Shown: positions 55,834 through 64,000 of the stretch, piece by piece
Position numbering within the stretch: the first letter of the stretch is position 1
Layout: each line of letters starts with the position of its first letter
Assembly (NCBI GenBank): GCA_037447605.1
Contig: CM074813.1
Coordinates: 1,612,001 to 1,676,000, forward strand
DNA from: Zygnema circumcarinatum SAG 698-1b
Taxonomy: Eukaryota; Plantae; Zygnematophyceae
DNA: 64,000 nucleotides
Direction: 5' to 3'
The notes under the pieces: model-generated
Told to the model about the DNA's origin: nothing
Database searches by the model: none
Seen by the model: the letters and a program-made list of their open reading frames with translations, nothing else
Program-made: the position numbers and the translations under genes

Positions 55834-56637
55834 ACCTTTCTGGTCAAGTTTTCAGTCACGGTTTTTATCAAGCGTTCCAACGCCCATCTTTTTGGGCTGC
55901 AAGTAGAGAACTCGATAGGCTTTGGATCCTCTCTCGTTCTGAATAAGCAGGTCGTTTTCGTTCCGTTATTCACCCATAGGAGCAACAATGCAGAAAGTAG
56001 AAAGAAAGGAGTTTGTTTGGGCAGGAGGGCAGAATCCTTCGCTAATGAAAATTGTCTTTTCTGCTTTTTCTCACCTTCACACTGCATGTCCGCTTTTCGC
56101 AGCCCTTCACTAGAGGCGCCCTAAACACAATCCTTTTCTTCTTTGTCTATTTTCTGGAGGGCCTGAACTCCATGAACGCGGGCAGTATCCCTAAAATTTG
56201 CAAATGATATAACAGATAGACTTTTTGCAAATAGGTGGCACACCGAGAATGTTCCAAAGAATATGCACGAAATGGAATTTATTAGGGATAATTTTTCCAA
56301 GGTATGGATTCAGCTGCTGAAGAATCTGAATGACCTTCTGCTCATGTGGAAAAACGGAAGCAAAGGAACAGGCCCGATGAAAGTGAACTCGATTTATAAG
56401 AGAAGTCCTCACTTACAAAGCAAATCCTACAAAAAACCACAGGACGGCGCATCTTTTCACCTTTGGCGTGCATGTGCCCGAACAAGCCCTAATTGCCACA
56501 TGTCTACCAACACGGAACAGCTCTCGCATGAGCTGCAGCGACATGGCACCTTTCTATTACGTTATGACAAGGGCCCATTATACATTACATAGTACAATTT
56601 TCGTCATCGACATCATCTTTACCACCATGCAGAAGAC

Positions 56638-58006
56638 CTAAAAGTCGTTATCAAATTCGAGAGGCATTGGCTCCCACGAGTTGTCCTCCATCTTCCGCAA
56701 CTTTGACCGCCGGCTTGAGTCGCTTTCTGCCAGCTGGCTTATGAGTTTAGTCAGCATTGAAAACACTTCCTCAACTTTTTCTCTCTCCTTTTCCTTCTTC
56801 GTCTCCCTCTTCACCACTTCATCTATCTTTTCTTCCAATAGCGTCTGCACAAACAATGGAAGACCAGTCTTAAAAAAGTGGCAAAGAACAGATGTCAAAT
56901 GTTAGCCCACAATCACCGTGAACCAGAAACTTGCAGATGAAATTACTTCAGCAGATATGCACACTATCTGTCATTCCCTGACAGTTCAATTCAGTTCGGT
57001 TCGGTTTGGATAAGTTCAGTTCAGTTCCGTTCAATTCAATACAGGTCAAGTCAGTTGAGGTCAGGTCAGTTCTATTCAAGGTTTATTAAGTATGGACACG
57101 TTCAGAGAAAGATTTGGAAACCGTAAAAGATAATCGTTCTCAATATCATTCACACGAAGGTAAAAAAATGTGAAAAAATCCTAAAGTTCCTGAGAATCCT
57201 AAAACGTTATAACCCTTATGTCTCATGATTCTCCGCACGGGTCGCTGGAAACAACAAGAGAATGCCACATCAACCCTAATACACAGAGCGTATGCATGCA
57301 GAAGAGGGACCAGAAAAAAAACAAACCGCCTTACAGAACTGAACACAAAACCTAAACTCTGGACGTGGTTATGAGGTAGAAATGCACGAGTGTTCACCTG
57401 TAGTGCTTGGAGACCATAGAAAGCGGCTTCTTCTTGCAGCCCTCGCAATAGAGAAACGTCTTCCGAATGGACTGTTCCATTTCGCAAATAGTTCAACACA
57501 TCCTTAAATCTCCCTCCATCTCGATCCACAAAAATAGGACAGTTGCTTCCACTTCGGGCATCAGCTTGATTTCTCACCAAAGCAGCCAGCATGCTTTCGT
57601 TAAATTTGCAAAGTGTGCTTTTCGTTGTCTTAAATACTGTTCCTCCAATATCGAGAACTACCAAATCTCGCGGGTACGATTGGCCGGGACCCGATAATTG
57701 AGTCTCTTCAGCCAATTTCTGTAATGAATTATCTTCTTGATTGGCAGAAAATCGAGCTCTGCGTTTTTGCAGACCCGTTAGTACGGAAGTATTGCTCACA
57801 GACTCTTGCGAGAGGAGTAGCTGCTCCTCTGAAGCTGAACCAAGGACTAGCATTGATTCAACTTCTGCTGACGTATTATTGAGATCAGGAAACATACGCA
57901 GGAGAGCTGCATTTTCAGATGTTGGCGGAAACATAAGAGCGTCGGCCATTTCCTTATCACCTTCAAAAGCGAGATATGTTTGGCTCGCTGTCCGCCTCTG
58001 ATCCAT
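56638..58006 (-). CDS. BTB/POZ (KCTD/T1-type) domain protein, 2 coding exons
   Basis: Exons 58006-57398 and 56844-56638. LVVLDIGGTVFKTTKSTLCKFNESMLAAL...IFVDRDGGRFKDVLNYLRNG...LQEEAAFYGL is a BTB_2 signature. Confidence 0.88.
56983..57080. repeat. Degenerate pentanucleotide repeat (AGTTC/GGTCA) in the BTB gene intron
   Basis: agttcaattcagttcggttcgg...aggtcaagtcagttgaggtcaggtcagttc. Confidence 0.75.
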
Positions 58007-60039
58007 GTCAGATTCCGCCCGATGCTTCAAGCACTGATTCACACGCAAATGCGGTCTCGATAAAATATGTGACTAGGACAAGTTATCTGAATCGTGATCA
58101 GATTACTTCCGGCAATCCTCGTTGAATAGTGAATTCACACAGCTTGTAAATAGTCGACTGATTTGAGCAGGTTTCCCAGCTGGGCTAAAACAACGGGAGT
58201 CATAGTTGCTGGCATACCATCTCTGAGGCATATGCTTTACAGTTTATACGCATTCAGCGTGAGAGAAAAATACGAACTAGGTCATGTTCACTTCTCGGAA
58301 ACACTGATTAAGGCTCCTTCTACTTCCAAAGGGTTTCAGCCGCAGAATGGACCTGCAAGCCAAACTTATTGGTGAAATCAATGGTGACAAAGGACGTTTC
58401 AATAAATAAAAGGTCATTTCAGGAAAAAGGACAACAGAATTTGACGGCAGGGAGTTCCAAAGAACCTGAAACCGGACACTCAAACGAATGCATGGCTTTC
58501 TACTGCTTCCATGTTCTTCTGCATCTTATCTGAGTGACTCAAACCATTCACAAACTAGGAGATTCTAAGCTTCTCTCCAACAGGGAAAAATTCTCTAATT
58601 GAAAACATTGGTATAAAAGCAGTTTTCTAAAAGGATAACGAAGCGATGTTTCCGAAATAGAGGAGAAAAGCATTACGCATTCTTGTTCTAACTCAAACAG
58701 AATGTGTCTACAAGAATAGCACAATCAAGTTCCAAAATCGCCCAGTTCTACTACGAAATCCATCGAAATTCATCCAGCGAGCAGTCTACATCCAATTTGC
58801 AGGGCATCCAAAAAGCCGATGATGCCATCAGCAGAACACTTTTGAGACCCTAAACTTCATCCAGACAGACAAAGAAGCCATAAAACAAGCAGCCAGAGAC
58901 GAAGAAAGCCGATGGATATCCGGCGCGTGAGAAAAGCCCCCCTCACCTGCATATCCATCCATCCATCCCCTCCAGGCCCAAGCCACGAGGAGCAGCCCCC
59001 TCCCCTCCCTGCCTCTCAGGGTTGCAGCTCCAGCCAGCGGCCCTGCCTGCAGGACCGTACGAGGGAGGGCCCAATCCCAGCTGCTGCCTTCCTGAACTGC
59101 GCCGAGTTTCGGCCAATGGGTGTTTGCCAGGTAAGCAGCTATTTCCACGTGGCGCCTAGCGGTTGGTTGGACGACGCTAGGTCGCGAGAAAGGAGCAGGG
59201 CCCCGCCCGGCCTGGCTGCCTGGCGTCGTGATGACTAACGGAAGGCAAAACATGACTAGCCAGTGACCAGGCTTGGCAATTGTAAGGAAGTAGCAAGCCG
59301 CGGCCATCGGAGGTGTTAGTCAGTCACTTTCTCTAGTCGAGCCAGCCAGCCAGGCGACCCCCTCTGACCTTAGTTAGGTTAGTAAGAGCGCCGACTTTTC
59401 CCTTCGAACAATTGTTCTTTGTGCATGTGTTCCGTCATGACATGGCTAACCAGTCACAGTGGGCCACATCAAATGATGGTTAACGAAGATAGCTCGGACA
59501 GGGAGGAATTGGCGTGGCATGGGTCTCGCGATGGCGATGATGCCATGGAAGGTATGCACATGGACTACAACAAGCGACATGGGGAAAGAAGGAACTACCA
59601 GGAACCAACCGCTCGCAAGGGACCGAAGTGAGGACGAGAAAAAATAGCTACGAGTCCCTTCGTGGCGCCGAAGCAGCGTGCGTCAGCAGAAAAACTGAAA
59701 ACTCGCCTCATGGTGACACGTGGAGGCGGACGCACGGCGGCCCTACAAACCTGGTTTCAGGTATGATGTCAGCACCGGCCTCCATCGTCCGCCTGCGGCC
59801 GCCAGCGCGGCGGGGGACGGCGCAGTTCAACTCGATGTTCAACGCTCCGCTGTGAAACTGTCATGGCCACGTGGCACGCGAGGACTGGTAACAGGGGCTC
59901 GCGGCACAGCGCAGCGCTCAGGGGTGTGCTCGCACCGGGCAAGGCGGAGCCGTAGAGGACAGCTGGCGGGGAGGAGGGAGGGGCGGGAGTCATGGCGGGG
60001 AGAGGGCAGGGGGCGGAGGGGAGAGGGGGGAGGGCGGGG

Positions 60040-60298
60040 ATGGGCCTGCCCAGCGTGCAGTGGGAAGACCCGGCGGCCATGGCCTCTCGCGAGGACTTCA
60101 TCTTCTTGCAGGGTGGCTGCCCTTCTAGCGCCTCCTTGTCTCTGTGCTTGTCCTCGCTGTCACGAATGCGTTGTGTTGTTTCTAGTTTCCGTTTCTGTTT
60201 CAATCAGTATGTCTCTCACATTCAGTTTCATCAAAACGTCTGAATTGAGCCTACTCTCTTTAGTGATTGCCAGAGGGGGGGGGAGAGAGAGAGAGAGC

Positions 60299-60362
<64 letters not shown>

Positions 60363-61640
60363 GGGGGTTGTTTTTTGTTTTTTTTTTTTTGCGGTTTAGA
60401 GGCTCACAAAACGCTTTGAGCGATGGCAAATGTATACGAATTATGGACTGTTTCTTGAAGATTCTCAAGCATACATTCTGTTGGGGGAACCGGGGGCTGA
60501 TGTCAATTTTTCTTCTTTTGGAATGCGAATGCAGGAAGAAGATATGTGAGGCCTTACTTTTTCGAGTTTGTCGCGAATGTAAGCAAAGTTCTACCGATTA
60601 CCGCAACCTTCAAACTCTCACAAATCTGATATACCCTCAAACTTGACTTTTCCCTTTAAGTATCAACCGAAAAAAAATTCCAAGAAAAACACAGGTCTAT
60701 AATCTCTAAGGACCATTGCGCTTTTTGGACTTCTATACCTTTGCTTTTACAGTCATGAAGTATCTCATAATTTTGGAGACCCCGAAAGTAAAAGTATTGG
60801 AACTTTTTGCGACTCTACAATATTGAAAAGCCCAAGAATTCAAAAACCCGGCATCCTGCAATGCCAAAATCGTATGACCCGATTTTTTTTAATTCTAAGC
60901 CTCAAACCGGCAAAACCAGCCAGAAAATAATCTTGAGAGCCCTAAACTTCTGAAAACCCAAGTTTGATCGCTGTTCCTTTCTCGAAAAACATTGCGAGAC
61001 CTGCGGACGTTTTCAAGCATTTTATTCATAATCCTTTTGAATCTGCTCGGCTTTTTGTTTGTCGGCTTCCTTTTCCCTCCTATTTCTGGCTCCATTTTGC
61101 AGGTGAAACAGCGCTGGGACGGCCAAGAAATTGCCCAATTTTTTGCGAAGGAATTTCGACAACGACCTCTCGAATATTACGTGAGGCTGCAGATTTAAAA
61201 TTCGAGAAACCCAGCATTTTCAAAGGCTTACTTTCAAACTTTTTTGTTCTATAGTTCCGATAACCCTTCAAATCCTAAAATCTGCAATCGAGAAACCACG
61301 CAGATTCTGAGAGTCCTCGAGCTGTTTTAATTTTACTTTTTTGCCCTAGAAGTTAATTGGCCGAAAACCTAACATCTTGAAAGCTGGACTATCCTGTTTT
61401 TTTAAGAGTCTGAAAATCCTAAGGCTCCGGCTGAGGATGTAGTAGTAAAAAAACTAGAACTAAACTTGTAGATAAACTATAGATTACCAATAACGGCGTT
61501 ACACTCTGTGCTCAACTTTACAGAGAATTCTATCTTTTCAACACAGAAAACGATAGCTGCCTCTACCAACTGTGTGCTGTTGTTGACTACCTGTTCAGTT
61601 TTGTAGCACTGAAACTCCTACCAGATCTGGGCTCTCACTT

Positions 61641-61672
<32 letters not shown>

Positions 61673-61710
61673 GCTCTCTCTCTCTCTCTATCGCTCTCTC
61701 TCTCTCTTTT

Positions 61711-61742
<32 letters not shown>

Positions 61743-63755
61743 TCTCTCGCTCTCTCTCCCTCTCTCGACTACGAGAGATTCGGATAGTTGAACGCCATTG
61801 AGGCAGGGAGGATCCGAGTAAATGGACGGACAGTGGAGCCGAGTTATCGTCTGAAGTGCTCGCAGTCTTTAACACACTTCGTACACAGGTGACTTTTGCC
61901 TTTGTTTTCGTCGACCTTGTTGAGAAATCTGTTCAGATTCAATTTGAAGCGCCGCTTATCATGAGGAATTTCTTGTCCCGGCGATCTGCTCATTTTTTCC
62001 CATTTTCTGAGTTGAGGAGGTTTCAGACCGTACGGAAGATGAGAATGGACTCTTGAATCCACTCCCCAAAATGTTCGAATACTATTGAACCAGCTCCCCA
62101 CTGCACTCTCGAACATGTTCCGACAAATTAAAATTCAGTGTTATCGAGTATTCAGCCTTTCTCACTTTTTTGATTGGGTCTGGTCCAGACACGAGCCCCC
62201 TGTTCTGGCAGCTGCAGTGGAGGTGTTGGAGGAGAGCCCTGACGTCATCACCGTCTGCAAGCCGGCGTCTGTGCCTGTATGTCCAGCTCCACGGTTTCAG
62301 TTTCAGTTTCAGTTTCAGTTTCAGTTCCAGTTCCAGTTGCAGTTGCAGTCACTGTTGCAGTTGCTGTTGCCGGGACACTGTTCCGGCTAAGTAATCTTCT
62401 TACGAATTTGTTTACGAGTAGTCTTGGAGACTTTTTCTGTGTAACTTTCACACTAGCATTGCGTCCGGGAGGTTGGAAATAGGAGAGCCATCTCTCACTC
62501 CCTTCATCACTCACCCCCTCGCATAAATCTCTCTTGTAATTCTCTCGCCCACACTGGTGTCCCCATCCTATCGTTTCGGAGTATAAGTTCCTTCCCAGCT
62601 GTTGGTTGACAGGAGAAAGAGAGAGAGGGTGAGCGGGCAGCGAGGAAAGGAGAGAGGGGGAGAGGGAGAGGAATGATGTGTGTGGTTCTGCCTCTCTCCA
62701 GGTGCATCCCTGTGGGCAGTATCGCAAGAACAGCGTTTTGGGAATCCTTCAGGCAGAGCACAACTATGGAGAACTCTTCCGTACTGTGCCCCTCCTCCTC
62801 TCCCCCTTCATCACTTTTAGGTTTGGGCTTAAGAGTGTCGAGTTCTAGGGTAGGTTTGCTCTATGGCTATGTTTCACACCTTGCCTCCTTTTTGTTGCCT
62901 CTCATAAGACCCTTACTTACTCTAAACTTAACCTTGAGGACCCTTGCACACCCAAGACCATTAGAAACCAATCACGCAAATTTCTTACATATCTTAAACC
63001 TCCGTTTTCTCAAAAGCGTAAGAATGGTCTGAAGTGGTTGGAGAATTTGCTGAATCGGTTGACCGAAGTGAAGGAGTGGAGGGGGGGGGGGGTGGTTAGC
63101 CATTCACCGGCTTGACCGGCTCGTCTCGGGGCTCCTCATTCTTGCACGAAGCTCGGCATCAGCGAACAGGTTCTGCCAAGACGTCAGCTCTCTCTCTCTC
63201 TCTCTCTCTCTCTCGCTCGCATGCTCTCTCTTTCTCTCCCTCTCTCTGTCCGCCCGCCTTTCCCTCCGTCACTACTTTCATTTTACTCCCACACTTTCGA
63301 CATCCCCCCGTCCCTCGCCATCCCTCCCTCCCTCTCTCTCCTACCTCATCCCTTGCTGTTTGGTTCTGTCCCCATCCGCCCTCTACCTGCCTCGCTCTTG
63401 CTCGTTTCCTTCTCCCACATACCTGCATCTCTGTCTTCTGCGGTTCCTCTCCCTCTACTCCTCTCCCTCTCCCTCTCCCTCTCCCTTTACTCCGCTCTGT
63501 CCCGCATTCCTTCTTGTCTGTCCTTGTTTCTCCCTCAAGGAAGAACATGACTTTTGGAAACTAATAAGCCATTAGACGCTTCCAGTTAGAATTTTGGTTC
63601 CCTTTTTTTTGTCACTGTATTATTTTTCGTCCTTATCTACCACCCTCCCTCCCCACGCTCTCTCTCTCTCTCGCTCCTCTTTCATACAGATTGAAGCAGG
63701 AGTCGTAAAGAAGGAATATGTGGCAAAGGTGAAGGGCGTCTTTCCTGAGAGCGAG
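60040..63755 (+). CDS. RluA-family RNA pseudouridine synthase (plant pseudouridine synthase 7/RIB2/RPUSD2-like); continues beyond the window
   Basis: Exons 60040-60112, 60535-60588, 61103-61180, 61788-61889, 62189-62276, 62702-62780, 63100-63182 and 63690-63755. Motifs GRRYVRPYFFEF, HRHEPPV, CKPASVPVHPCGQYRKNS, catalytic IHRLDRLVSGLL, VKKEYVAKVKGVFPE. Confidence 0.93.
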
Positions 63756-64000
63756 GTTGGCCGTCTCTCCCTCCAACTGTTTCTCTGTCGGTCAGTTCCG
63801 TCATCCATTTGAGATTCCATGGTTTCACGGGATTTACAATCTTAGCGTTTGAAGCCCCCTCAAATGCCCCCTTTCCCGTGTATGACGTACGAGGTAAAGA
63901 TTCACGATCTTCTTGCTTCCATCTTTTGTGTTTCCCGAACTTTGGTTTGGTTGCAAGAGAGGAAAGAAAAAGTGCGAGGAGAGGGGTAACAAGGGGAAAG

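Noticed and set aside
59720-60646. 308-aa ORF
   Set aside because: It reads through the promoter, first exon region and (GA)n intron of the pseudouridine synthase gene.

Overview
Eukaryotic, intron-rich nuclear DNA, most likely from a streptophyte green alga or another early-diverging streptophyte. This is an inference from plant-type gene families, telo-box and E2F motifs, and GT-AG introns; I cannot name the species. I hand-spliced eight host genes: ETF alpha (-, 3' end probably outside the window), a probable Treslin/TICRR with E2F sites upstream (-), a complete 13-exon PRP8 (-), a TMK-type LRR receptor kinase (+), a CHZ1/HIRIP3-like histone chaperone (+), an At5g41620/BLT-like coiled-coil gene (-), CFIm25/NUDT21 (+) and a BTB/POZ gene (-). 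A ninth, an RluA-family pseudouridine synthase (+), runs off the right end. Between PRP8 and the kinase (about 26.3-36.3 kb) is a dense mobile-element region. It holds a hAT-type MITE with an 8-bp TSD, a Tc1/mariner-type MITE nested in a relative, a 1-kb foldback element with ~445-bp arms and an 8-bp TSD, a 177-bp inverted duplication in a decayed gene, a hAT transposase relic and a 5'-truncated CRE-like LINE with an 11-bp TSD. A copia gag relic lies head-to-head with ETF alpha, and a pogo-like MITE follows the kinase. Window-wide patterns include degenerate telomere-like patches in many introns, clusters of CGTAC motifs in MITEs and promoters, and several G-rich 3' splice sites without a polypyrimidine tract. 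I found no convincing wholly new system; the findings are candidates. There are two assembly gaps (about 25307-25316 and 28790-28799). All family calls come from recalled motifs, not database searches.
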